Below, piece after piece: positions 51,646 to 60,886 of a stretch of DNA of 64,000 nucleotides. Under the pieces are notes generated by a model. It searched no databases. It was not told the origin of the DNA and saw nothing but the letters and a program-made list of their open reading frames with translations. Origin of the DNA: Nitrosopumilus sp. (GTDB lineage: Archaea; Thermoproteota; Nitrososphaeria; Nitrososphaerales; Nitrosopumilaceae); assembly GCA_965218785.1 (NCBI GenBank), contig OZ244650.1:1632001-1696000 (forward strand), read 5' to 3'. The stretch's first letter is position 1; each line of letters begins with the position of its first letter. Position numbers and translations under genes: made by a program.

Positions 51646-52333
51646 TGATTTTTCCAAGGACTTGGATATGATGCAGTTATCCGATTCGTTTTTTCCTACC
51701 GGGTTGTATGCCACCTCAAATGGTCTGGAGAACATATTTGTAAAAAATAAAAATTTTTCCATAAATGATCTCATCGCTTTTAATTCCGTGCATATCCGGC
51801 AGCAGCTTGGTCCGTGTGACTGTGTGATAATATCAAATAGTTGTGAATATGCCAAACTATCAGATTACAAAAAAATCAAAGAGATGGATTCTATTTGTAT
51901 TGCCACCAAGATGATCAAGGAAGTCAGGGAGGCATCCTTTAGATCCGGTATTCAGCTTGTAAAATGTGTAAAAGAATTTCTAGATGACGAGATTTTGAAT
52001 CTTTATTATAACGACATTCAAGACGGCGTTGTTACAGGTGTTTATCCCGTCTCTTTTTCGCTTTGCTGTAATGCCTTGGGCATAAAAAAAGAGAGGGCAC
52101 TACTGATGTTTCTTTATGGCTTTGTAACAAGTAATGTGGGCGCCGCCTTACGCCTTGGTATGATTCAGCATTTTGACGGTCAGAAAATAATTCACGGTCT
52201 CAAGCCATTAATTGTACAGACTGTCAAAGAAAACAGTTGTAAATCAATTAAAGACATGTGGCAGTTCTCCCCCCAATTGGAAATCAATCAAATGTCCCAC
52301 GAGGTCATGGATGCTAAAATGTTTATTACATAA
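51635..52333 (+). CDS. ureF: Urease accessory protein UreF
   Basis: [24 protein letters not shown]-terminal HE...KMFIT. Confidence 0.94.
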   Translation: MNTDDFSKDLDMMQLSDSFFPTGLYATSNGLENIFVKNKNFSINDLIAFNSVHIRQQLGPCDCVIISNSCEYAKLSDYKKIKEMDSICIATKMIKEVREASFRSGIQLVKCVKEFLDDEILNLYYNDIQDGVVTGVYPVSFSLCCNALGIKKERALLMFLYGFVTSNVGAALRLGMIQHFDGQKIIHGLKPLIVQTVKENSCKSIKDMWQFSPQLEINQMSHEVMDAKMFIT

Positions 52334-52350
52334 AAATTGAGATTTCATAT

Positions 52351-53010
52351 ATGACGAGAATTCCCAGAATTGGTATTGGCGGCCCTGTAGGTTCTGGCAA
52401 GAGCATGTTAATTGAGAGAGTCGTCCCCCTGCTGGCAAAGAAGGGATATCGCGTATGTATAATTTCCAATGATGTAATCTCAAAAGAGGATGCAGACAGA
52501 ATGAGAATGAATCTGGCCACGGATCAGGGGTTGCTGCCAGAAAATCTTGTCATCGGTATTGCCACTGGTGGCTGCCCGCATACGGCAATACGGGAGGATC
52601 CCTCGATGAACCTGTCCGTGATAGAAGAACTGGAAAAAAATCATCCCGAATTGGATTTGATTATTATAGAAAGCGGGGGGGACAACATTACAACCACGTT
52701 TAGCCCCATTCTGGCTGATTATTTTTTATACATTATTGATGTTGCAGGAGGTGACAAGTATCCCAGAAAGGGCGGATTGGGAATTCAAAGCTGCGATCTT
52801 TTACTGATTAACAAGATTGATCTGGCACCGTTTGTTGGTGCGGATTTGGATGTCATGAAAAATGATGCCAGCCTTGTAAGAGAAAAACCCTTTTTGTTCA
52901 TAAATTGCAAAACCGATTATGGCATTGCCGATGTAGTGGAGCACATAATCCATGATGTATTATTTGACAGGCCCCACAAGTCTGTTGTGTCCCCTGATGG
53001 CAGAAAATGA
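52351..53010 (+). CDS. ureG: Urease accessory GTPase UreG
   Basis: [30 protein letters not shown]. Confidence 0.97.
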   Translation: MTRIPRIGIGGPVGSGKSMLIERVVPLLAKKGYRVCIISNDVISKEDADRMRMNLATDQGLLPENLVIGIATGGCPHTAIREDPSMNLSVIEELEKNHPELDLIIIESGGDNITTTFSPILADYFLYIIDVAGGDKYPRKGGLGIQSCDLLLINKIDLAPFVGADLDVMKNDASLVREKPFLFINCKTDYGIADVVEHIIHDVLFDRPHKSVVSPDGRK

Positions 53011-53930
53011 AACCTGTAGAGTATTACATCCCTTCAGATGTACCAGACTGTATCAAATCTTTTAATTCAGATGTAAAGCAACTCGCAGTCGGGCAGTCTG
53101 GAAAAAATGGCATGCTCCTGCTGATCTTCAAAAATGATCATGGCAAGACCGTCCTTGAGAAATCATCTTCTGAAGTTCCACTCTCCGTGCAGCGGGCATT
53201 ATACTGTGATGATGCCTGCCTGGATCTAGCATATGTATACATTGTTTCTGTCTCTGGCGGATTGTTACAAGGCGACAGATACAGGATGGATATAACCATG
53301 AAAAAGGATTCGATGGCCCATATTACAACGCAGGGGGCAACTAGAATTTACAGCATGGATTCCAATAACGCCATGCAGATGGTCAATGTCAACCTGGATG
53401 AAAATTCCTATTTGGAGTTGATTCCAGATCAGATAATCCCCTACAGGAATTCCCGGTTTTATCAGACGGTGAATCTGAACATACATGATACTGCAACCAT
53501 GGTTTATTCTGAGATAATTACACCCGGCCGTGTTGCCATGGGTGAATCCTTTGAGTATGATGTGTGTTTTTTAAAAACCGCGGCTTTGAACCAGGATAAT
53601 GTTTTAAAATTTATGGACGTCTCAAATATTGAGCCAAAAAAACAAAAACTGTCATCTTTTGGCGTCTTAGGTAAGAATACTGTTTATGGCTCCATCTATG
53701 TCGTTACTAAAAAGCAGTCAGTTGTGGAACTGTACAGTACAATCGGCGTTATAATTTCTAAGAATGCGGATATTTCTGGCGGCATCAGTGTTATGAATAA
53801 TGATTCTGGACTAGTGATTAGAATTTTAGGATGTGAAACAGAGACGGTAAAACGCGTGATTTTTGAAATCGTGTCCTCTGTAAGACAGACATGTATCGGT
53901 GTTCCATTTTCAGAATTGCGAAAAAATTAA
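53007..53930 (+). CDS. ureD: Urease accessory protein UreD/UreH
   Basis: [27 protein letters not shown], terminal LRK. Confidence 0.94.
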   Translation: MKPVEYYIPSDVPDCIKSFNSDVKQLAVGQSGKNGMLLLIFKNDHGKTVLEKSSSEVPLSVQRALYCDDACLDLAYVYIVSVSGGLLQGDRYRMDITMKKDSMAHITTQGATRIYSMDSNNAMQMVNVNLDENSYLELIPDQIIPYRNSRFYQTVNLNIHDTATMVYSEIITPGRVAMGESFEYDVCFLKTAALNQDNVLKFMDVSNIEPKKQKLSSFGVLGKNTVYGSIYVVTKKQSVVELYSTIGVIISKNADISGGISVMNNDSGLVIRILGCETETVKRVIFEIVSSVRQTCIGVPFSELRKN

Positions 53931-54091
53931 AAAGATTTTGGTTTTGTCTTGGATAACTGATGATATCACATCAGGACGGCGGCAAGACTGCCTAGATGAT
54001 TTCCAATGGTTCTAACCAGTCATCAGATGCGGCGTATGCCGTTGTATATGCCAGAATCCTGCATCACCTCCTAGATGAAGAACGACCTAGA

Positions 54092-54186
54092 ACCTGAATT
54101 TGACGGTGATTCTGGCCTTCAAAGGTATTTTTTTGTCTGATCTGACCCATAAACAGATACAACACCTGAATTTGACGGTGATTCTG
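54092..54186 (+). repeat. Two identical 23-bp direct repeats with a 49-bp spacer
   Basis: ACCTGAATTTGACGGTGATTCTG at 54092-54114 and 54164-54186. Confidence 0.9.
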
Positions 54187-54255
54187 ATAGATCTCTTAAA
54201 TTGAATAATGGCACAAAGGATCACATACTTAAACTACTTAATATCAAAACTATCA

Positions 54256-55431
54256 ATGACAAAAAAGTATACAATGCTGACAGCTGTCTTAATTGCAGTA
54301 GCAATAAGCCCAGCCTTTGCAGCAACAGGCGATGACGATGATGTAGCACCAGCTCCCCCATCAATTGGAGCTGACATCCCTTTGACATACTTTGGACCAG
54401 CACCTTCTGATGTCCAAAAAGAGTTGATCGGACCATACCAGCTACTAAAGTCAGGCCAGATGGACTTGGATGCAGGAACAATAACCCTTCCATTATATCA
54501 GGGATTTGTTCAAGTTGACAGGTTTACCACCGAATCAGTATGGTTTATCCTAACTGATACCACAGACGGTGCAAATGCAGCAGCATTAGGAATAAACCAC
54601 TCTCCAAAACTTGCATATTCAGAAACTGCCAATTCTGTTAGAATGGCAAAAATAAACGATGCAGGAAACATTTCATTTGAGAGTGGCATGGTTGACTTTA
54701 GCCCAGTACGTTCTTTAACTCCTGGAGAAGCATCACCATTTCCACCAGCTGACTTTCAGCCCGGAAGTGTTGGAGATGCAAACTATACACCACTAGTTAA
54801 AATCACCAATGCTGGCGGACATATCTACAACGCACCAGTAGTGGCAACAGGCTCAGCCAACACCATAACTGCATGCGATGATGCACCTGACTACTCCCTT
54901 GTACATGACAAGGTAGTATCAATATGTCCCGAAGATGGAACTGTGACGATAAAATTAACGCCCGGTTTTAGCTTTGCAAGACCAGTTCTGTACATATCAA
55001 CTGAGAGCAACCATCCATTAGCTGCCACACTGGAAGGTGCAACTCATACGCCCGCACTTGATGGAATCATAGTGGGTCGTGATGACTCTGCATTTTCAGC
55101 AGTTGAGAGGATATTTGTGATTGGAAACGGTCCAATGGGTACTGAAAACCCACAAAGACAGGGACTGAATTCAGCAATTGCAGATCATCGCTCACCACTT
55201 AATGTGCTTGGCGGCATACCAACCATTGCAACTGACTATTCCCCATTGTGGGATGTCAACCTAGGATTCTGGACTGACGAGGCACTAGAAAACCACTATG
55301 ATTCACGAGTCTCCGAAGAATTTCAGATACTGGGTCTAGTTGAACAAGGCTGGATTACCGGTCCTGATGGTGGTGCGTTTGGTTCTACAGGAATTGTAGT
55401 CAATTGTCCAATAGTGTTTAGATTCCTCTAA
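54256..55431 (+). CDS. Secreted protein, DUF7482-like, unknown function
   Basis: Signal peptide; ITLPLYQG, YTPLV and YSPLWDV repeats, VVNCPIV. Confidence 0.82.
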   Translation: MTKKYTMLTAVLIAVAISPAFAATGDDDDVAPAPPSIGADIPLTYFGPAPSDVQKELIGPYQLLKSGQMDLDAGTITLPLYQGFVQVDRFTTESVWFILTDTTDGANAAALGINHSPKLAYSETANSVRMAKINDAGNISFESGMVDFSPVRSLTPGEASPFPPADFQPGSVGDANYTPLVKITNAGGHIYNAPVVATGSANTITACDDAPDYSLVHDKVVSICPEDGTVTIKLTPGFSFARPVLYISTESNHPLAATLEGATHTPALDGIIVGRDDSAFSAVERIFVIGNGPMGTENPQRQGLNSAIADHRSPLNVLGGIPTIATDYSPLWDVNLGFWTDEALENHYDSRVSEEFQILGLVEQGWITGPDGGAFGSTGIVVNCPIVFRFL

Positions 55432-55432
55432 A

Positions 55433-55448
55433 CCTTTTTTTTATTTTT
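55433..55448 (+). terminator. Oligo-T archaeal terminator
   Basis: Long T tract immediately after the stop. Confidence 0.55.
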
Positions 55449-55592
55449 CAAGAAATTCGGCATGATTTCTCCAGCTCTTTTTGTCTCCCGTATTTTCTAA
55501 TTTCAGTCGATCTTTACCAGAATACGCGTATTTTTTAAAAAATAATTACGGCAAAATCAGCAAAGCCACATGAATCCCAAAATAAATAAAAT

Positions 55593-56147
55593 CTACAGTT
55601 TTTTTAATAGGGTGAATCTAGGCTGGTCTGATTCTATATCTTCATGCATATCCACGTTGCTTACAACCCGTATCTTGTAGTTTAACCATTTATTTTGCAT
55701 GTTACGAAATTTTTGATATTCGTCGATCTGTCCTTCTGCCTCTTCAAATTTTTCACAGTTCATGACATATTTTCCAGCCACCCGGTACATCTCTGCAACC
55801 CCTTTCTCAACTGTATCATCATCCAAATAATTCATCAGCCCGTGAGTGAATACAAAATCTATTGATGAATCCTCAAATGGCAGTTGTGTAATAGTCTCGT
55901 TTCTAAAATCTGCAATCGGGAGTTTTTGTCTTGCTATCTCCAATGCATGATCATTAAGATCAACTCCATGAATTTGAAACGTGTCTGGAAATAATCTTAA
56001 ATCAATTCCGGTTCCACATCCAATTTCTAAAACGCTGGTACAACGCAGTGAAGTAGCCAAATCTCTTGTAAATTTTGCAAATTCTTCGTTATATCTGGGT
56101 TCATTCTCATCGGCATATTTGTCCCAAAATTCCTTATTGTATCTCAT
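55593..56147 (-). CDS. Class I SAM-dependent methyltransferase
   Basis: VLEIGCGTG, GVDLN, LPFEDSSIDFV. Confidence 0.92.
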   Translation of the reverse strand: MRYNKEFWDKYADENEPRYNEEFAKFTRDLATSLRCTSVLEIGCGTGIDLRLFPDTFQIHGVDLNDHALEIARQKLPIADFRNETITQLPFEDSSIDFVFTHGLMNYLDDDTVEKGVAEMYRVAGKYVMNCEKFEEAEGQIDEYQKFRNMQNKWLNYKIRVVSNVDMHEDIESDQPRFTLLKKL

Positions 56148-56177
56148 GGAATTTTTAAGACATGGCCGTATTTGATG

Positions 56178-56345
56178 TTAATTGTTGTGCGGGCATTTGC
56201 AGGGAACAAGTTTCGTATCAAACGTACAATCATGTGGCCCGTCTGATCTTCCCTGTATCGGGATCTCCCCCATGCATTCCTTGTGGCGTCCTTTTCTGCA
56301 AAACCAGCAAATTTCCGGGATATCGCCTGCCGCACATGATTCCAT
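56178..56345 (-). CDS. 55-aa Cys/His-rich protein (not in ORF track)
   Basis: Hand translation MESCAAGDIPEICWFCRKGRHKECMGEIPIQGRSDGPHDCTFDTKLVPCKCPHNN; co-directional and fits between ilvE and the methyltransferase. Confidence 0.75.
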   Translation of the reverse strand: MESCAAGDIPEICWFCRKGRHKECMGEIPIQGRSDGPHDCTFDTKLVPCKCPHNN

Positions 56346-56382
56346 AATCTTTATTTCCTTTTGTGGGTAAAAAACTTGAAGA

Positions 56383-57297
56383 TTAGATAAATGTCAACCA
56401 AGGCAGGAATCTTTCGTCTTTACTCATTGCCGCATCAGAAAATGATTTTTGCAACGCCTTTGTGATATGACCCATCTTGCCGCTTCCAATTTTCATTTTG
56501 TCTATCTGCGTTACAGATTTTACCTCGGCGGCAGTACCAGTCATGAAGATTTCATCAGCTGTATAAAGATCATCTCTTTCTAGATCGCGCTCGATTACAA
56601 ATCCGCCGTTTTCCTCAACAATCTGAATAACACTGTCTCTTGTAATTCCGTCTAGTCCTCCTGCAGAAAGCGGCGGTGTTTGAATAATGTCGTCTTTTAC
56701 AATAAAGATGTTTTCGGCGCTTCCTTCTGCAATTTTTCCTTGTGAATTTAGCAGGATTGCCTCATCGTATCCGTTTTCTAATGCCTCCATTCTTGCAAGT
56801 GCCGCATTTGAGTAGTTTGCCGCAGCTTTTGCCTGCATCGGTTGAGATCTTGAATCAATTTTTACCCAGCTTGACACTTTGCATTTTGCTCCGGAGAATT
56901 TTCCCGCCTTTGATTCGCCCATCCTCCATTCCCAGCAGGAGATTGAAACATCTACCTTGTTTTGGGTGGGGGTCAGTCCCATTGTTCCATAACCGTAGTA
57001 TGCCAGCGGTCTAATGTAGCACTCTTTGTGTCCACTGGCCTTTACCGTTTTTATTATCGCATCTGAAATCACCTTTTTTGAGAATTGCATCTTCATCGAA
57101 TATAATTTTGCAGACTTGAAAAATCTGTCAATGTGTTCTGGCAGTCTGAATATTGCCGAACCGTTTGGCGTGTTGTAACATCGGATTCCCTCAAAGATTG
57201 ATGTGGAATAATGTAATGCATGGGTTAACACATGTATTTTGGCATCTTTGAATGGTACTAGTCTTCCATTCATCCATATTTTGCCGGTTTCTTTCAT
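56383..57297 (-). CDS. ilvE: Branched-chain amino acid aminotransferase
   Basis: LHYSTSIFEGIR, KAAANY, EGSAENIF, GITR, GTAAE. Confidence 0.96.
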   Translation of the reverse strand: MKETGKIWMNGRLVPFKDAKIHVLTHALHYSTSIFEGIRCYNTPNGSAIFRLPEHIDRFFKSAKLYSMKMQFSKKVISDAIIKTVKASGHKECYIRPLAYYGYGTMGLTPTQNKVDVSISCWEWRMGESKAGKFSGAKCKVSSWVKIDSRSQPMQAKAAANYSNAALARMEALENGYDEAILLNSQGKIAEGSAENIFIVKDDIIQTPPLSAGGLDGITRDSVIQIVEENGGFVIERDLERDDLYTADEIFMTGTAAEVKSVTQIDKMKIGSGKMGHITKALQKSFSDAAMSKDERFLPWLTFI

Positions 57298-57379
57298 AGG
57301 TGAGAGAAAAAACCCTGCTAATTTAAAGAATTATCCTCCAATGTGCAAGCTACATATCAGACAAACTGCAGGTTATACC

Positions 57380-57583
57380 ATGGAATGGATCCTGGGTTTT
57401 GCTGCAATCATTCTTCTTGTGGTGGGTCTAGTCGGTCAGGCATTTGAGATGAGAAGGATTCGATTAACCACGTACAAAGACGAATCGGCCTCGGCAGGTA
57501 TTTTCATGAACAAGAAGAATTTCAAGTGGTACGCACTACTTGGAATCGGGGTGGTTCTTTGGTATGCAGCTGAGCGTATGTGA
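57380..57583 (+). CDS. Small two-TM membrane protein
   Basis: MEWILGFAAIILLVVGLVGQAFEM...; ATG at 57380. Confidence 0.75.
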   Translation: MEWILGFAAIILLVVGLVGQAFEMRRIRLTTYKDESASAGIFMNKKNFKWYALLGIGVVLWYAAERM

Positions 57584-57643
57584 GCCTAACTATATAGATC
57601 AAGTCTAAATACTAGAAATTATAAGATATGATATCGCGTGTTT

Positions 57644-57730
57644 TGGGTAACGCCGGACTAAGTCTAGATAATGGTCCAAGAACAAACCCATGATGGCGTT
57701 TACAGGTGAAAACCCGTAACGCCACTCTTT
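57644..57730 (+). ncRNA. Candidate structured small RNA
   Basis: TATA-like TTATAAG at 57619, two stem-loops (one with a GAAA tetraloop) and a downstream T tract; no Rfam family recognised. Confidence 0.45.
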
Positions 57731-59148
57731 TACTTTACAAAATTAATTTCAGAAATTTCTTGATGTATCGCCTTGATTGCCTTTCTTATGTTGTCACCTG
57801 AATCTTTGACAACAATAATTATTCGTGATGTTTCTTCCTGTGCATCCATGTTTAGGATGTTTAATCCCGATTCACCAATCTTTGCACTAGTTCTTGAGGC
57901 TACCTGTTGAACTCGCCACATTTCATCACCAATTAGCGTAATGACTCCCCTGTTGTATGTAATTGTAGCAAGTGAATCAAACCCCAACAAATATTTTTCA
58001 TTTCTTTTCACATAATCCCCATCCAGGAACAGTATTCTTGAAAATTCGATCCCGTCTTTTGTAAAGGGCGATAAAATTATAAATTCACTGTAGCGCTTGT
58101 CTTTTTCTAACGATGTTAATAATTTCTGAATACAGCTTGTCTCGATTCTAAAAATTGCACAGTTTTCCTTTCCCGTAACTATCTTAATGGGATGACCTTT
58201 CTGCACATCTAGTGTCCGCTTTATCGTGGTTATTTTTTCTGGATTTTTCATATTAGTAACGGTAATTGGCATGTCCACCCCGTTTTCCACGATCTCCTTT
58301 ATTGCGATGGGATCTAAAATCTTCATTCCAAACATTCCTGCCAATCTAGCTTCGTTGTGGGACAACTGAACAACTTCGGTTAATCCAGACTCTACAATTT
58401 TTGGATCTGCAGAAACTACTGCACTGTCCTTCTCAAAATCTATGCTTGTTTCATAGGTTTTATGAAATAATATTCCCAGATCTGCGGCCGTTCTATCTGA
58501 CCCCCCGCGTTCATATGTTGTGGTGACGTTATCTACTGTCTTTCCAATAAATCCCCCAATGGTAACTACTTCATTTTCTGCTACAAGCTCAGAGATTCTG
58601 CCCATTTTTTTCCTTGACTCTGAGAGCAGGAAGTTTGTTGACTCTATGTTGTTATCTGTGATTATCGGCCAATCATCAAGTTCCACAGAGGCTGCCTGAA
58701 TGCCGTTACTTTGCAGAACGTGGTTCATTACATGAGACATCAAAAGCTCTCCGGTAAACGCCAGTGCCCTAGAGCGCACTTCATCAGTAAACTCTTTGTT
58801 GGCCGATGCCTTCTCCAGTGCTTTTTGTGCCTTTTCTAGGTGTGAATTAATGGTGTTTTTGCAGTCCTCCTTATTATCGGAATTTACCAGTTCCAGGATT
58901 TTTTGATAGGTTGCTTTTACAGTATCTAGCGATGTAGCCGTGCCATTTTCTGCATTTCTGCCCTGCTCTAAAATTACATCAGTAAGAGAGCGTTTTCTGC
59001 CGTTTTCGATGGTCAGCGGTGCCGAGAAGACTGCAATTATTTTAGAGTCCTTTTTCAAGTCATTAATGCGGCAAACGATTTCCGGAATAGCCGCACCATC
59101 CGGACCTAATGCACTGCCTCCAAACTTTGCTACTACCAACTTGGTCAT
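57730..59148 (-). CDS. lysC: Aspartate kinase
   Basis: VAKFGGS, ERGGSDRTA, ADPKIV, ACT-like C-terminus. Confidence 0.92.
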   Translation of the reverse strand: MTKLVVAKFGGSALGPDGAAIPEIVCRINDLKKDSKIIAVFSAPLTIENGRKRSLTDVILEQGRNAENGTATSLDTVKATYQKILELVNSDNKEDCKNTINSHLEKAQKALEKASANKEFTDEVRSRALAFTGELLMSHVMNHVLQSNGIQAASVELDDWPIITDNNIESTNFLLSESRKKMGRISELVAENEVVTIGGFIGKTVDNVTTTYERGGSDRTAADLGILFHKTYETSIDFEKDSAVVSADPKIVESGLTEVVQLSHNEARLAGMFGMKILDPIAIKEIVENGVDMPITVTNMKNPEKITTIKRTLDVQKGHPIKIVTGKENCAIFRIETSCIQKLLTSLEKDKRYSEFIILSPFTKDGIEFSRILFLDGDYVKRNEKYLLGFDSLATITYNRGVITLIGDEMWRVQQVASRTSAKIGESGLNILNMDAQEETSRIIIVVKDSGDNIRKAIKAIHQEISEINFVK

Positions 59149-59178
59149 GGTACTTTATCAAAACTCAGAGGTTATCTA

Positions 59179-60207
59179 TTAAGCATTTGATCGCCAGTTG
59201 GCCAATTTTTTGATAATATTTGATGCGATTTCTGCGCCATCTGTGTTCACCGGATTTCTTTTCTGTTCCAATTTTTCTGTAATTAATACGTCAAGTTTTT
59301 TGATATCCTCAAAAACAAAGCCCTGTTCCTTTGCGTTATCTTCTTGCTCAAAATGTCCTTTTATGGGTATGAATATTGCAGGGGTTCCATAGGCATTTGC
59401 CTCATCTATGGTTGACTTGCCGGCCAGTGATATCAGCAAATCTGCTGCAAAAATTAATTCATGTAAATTATCTACAAACCCCAGATTTCTGACATTTTCA
59501 AATTTTTTGCTTACTGCCGGGCCGGACACTAGAACGGTTTCCACATCCTGATTGATTTTTGTGATGGATTCTAGTGCCTTTTCAATAAGAAATAATCCCG
59601 CGTCTGTTCCCCCGATTGAAATGACTATTGTCTTTCCCTCAAATGAGAATTTTTCTCGCAATTCCTCTCTTGAAAATCTGGTTTGTCTAACTATTGGTCC
59701 TACTCTTTTGATATTGTCTTGATCCTCCCCATTTTCAGGAAGAATCACAATGTCTGATTTTTTAATAATCTTCTGCATTGATTGGTTCATCTTTTTTTCA
59801 ATAAAGGATGCAATTCCTTTGGTAAATCTGGTTTCTAAGATATCTGTGATAAGCACATTTGGAATTTTCATGTTTTGTGCAACAGATAATGATGCAAAAT
59901 CTTCGTCACTAATTACCAAACTTGGATTGTCTTTTTGAATAATCGACTGTGATTTTTTCTTACAGTCTTTATAGTATTGATAATAATTCCATAGCCACCT
60001 TGCGGAATTCTTTAATGTTCCATCTTCAACGACAAATGAGGGCGGGTTGTATACATTCTGTACTTGAAAATCCAAATTTTTTAGAATTTTTGCAGCTCCA
60101 TTGCCTGTTACAAAATTTGTTGAAATATTTTCAAAATTATTCACAATTGCAATATCCCTAGTTACATGACCCAATCCAATCGGACTGGAAAAAAAATCAA
60201 GATTCAT
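59179..60207 (-). CDS. GT28/MurG-like glycosyltransferase
   Basis: GLGHVTR, ISIGG, ADLLISLAGKSTIDE, HFEQEDNA. Confidence 0.9.
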   Translation of the reverse strand: MNLDFFSSPIGLGHVTRDIAIVNNFENISTNFVTGNGAAKILKNLDFQVQNVYNPPSFVVEDGTLKNSARWLWNYYQYYKDCKKKSQSIIQKDNPSLVISDEDFASLSVAQNMKIPNVLITDILETRFTKGIASFIEKKMNQSMQKIIKKSDIVILPENGEDQDNIKRVGPIVRQTRFSREELREKFSFEGKTIVISIGGTDAGLFLIEKALESITKINQDVETVLVSGPAVSKKFENVRNLGFVDNLHELIFAADLLISLAGKSTIDEANAYGTPAIFIPIKGHFEQEDNAKEQGFVFEDIKKLDVLITEKLEQKRNPVNTDGAEIASNIIKKLANWRSNA

Positions 60208-60286
60208 GAATTTTGTAATTTTTTGCCAAATTTCTAGATTTTCACGCTTCTTAAAGTTTAAATGGATTTTAACAGTCTTGGTTTTT

Positions 60287-60361
60287 GGGCTCATAGTCCA
60301 GGTCGGTTATGACGTCGCCCTTACACGGCGAAGATCCGGGGTTCAAATCCCCGTGGGCCCA
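60287..60361 (+). tRNA. tRNA-Val (TAC)
   Basis: GGGCTCA...TCGCC-CTTACAC-GGCGA...GGTTCAAATCC...TGGGCCCA. Confidence 0.95.
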
Positions 60362-60402
60362 TCCCCCATCAGGTGTTTAAATCTGACACACATATTGGAG
60401 GC

Positions 60403-60747
60403 ATGTTCAGCCTCGATCTAGAAAAGATCAACGATGAAGGCATACACTATGAGAAATTCCTCGATGGCATTAAAAACCACGATACAAAGCGACATTATGT
60501 CAATAAACTCGTAAAATTCCCAAGAGAGATACCTGCAGAGATCTATGAGCAACTAGAATGCAAGACCCCCGACGATACGGTAGAGTCGCAGGCCGAGTGC
60601 TTTGTCAACCTGTCTCGCAAGAACCCCAAGGCTTGCGCCAACACAATTGCCGAATATATAAAACACTTTAACGGGCGGGTAAAGGAGGGCAGACTCAGCC
60701 CCAATACGATCCCTCAACTATGTCAAGCCCATCAGATCCAGAGATAA
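60403..60747 (+). pseudogene. Truncated N-terminal part of a tyrosine integrase
   Basis: F..GIKNHDTKRHY..KL..F...LSPNTI then NYVKPI after a frameshift; GGAGG RBS; ~40 nt after tRNA-Val; no catalytic domain. Confidence 0.7.
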
Positions 60748-60886
60748 GACATAATGCCTCAAGGGCATTTCTATGAAGAAACGAATAAAATCAATCATTG
60801 TACCATCCTGCGTCTGTTTTCATCTCCCAAATGGGTGATATCTGGTAAATTCTTTTATGACTTGTCCAATCTTCAATGTGAGGACT

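Noticed and set aside
56144-56370. Three overlapping ~62-aa ORFs in the ORF track
   Set aside because: The 55-aa minus-strand frame at 56178-56345 explains the region better.
57644-57724. Fluoride (crcB) or lysine riboswitch interpretation
   Set aside because: Only a partial TGATG...TAC resemblance; the element is not upstream of a co-directional gene and lies at the 3' end of lysC.
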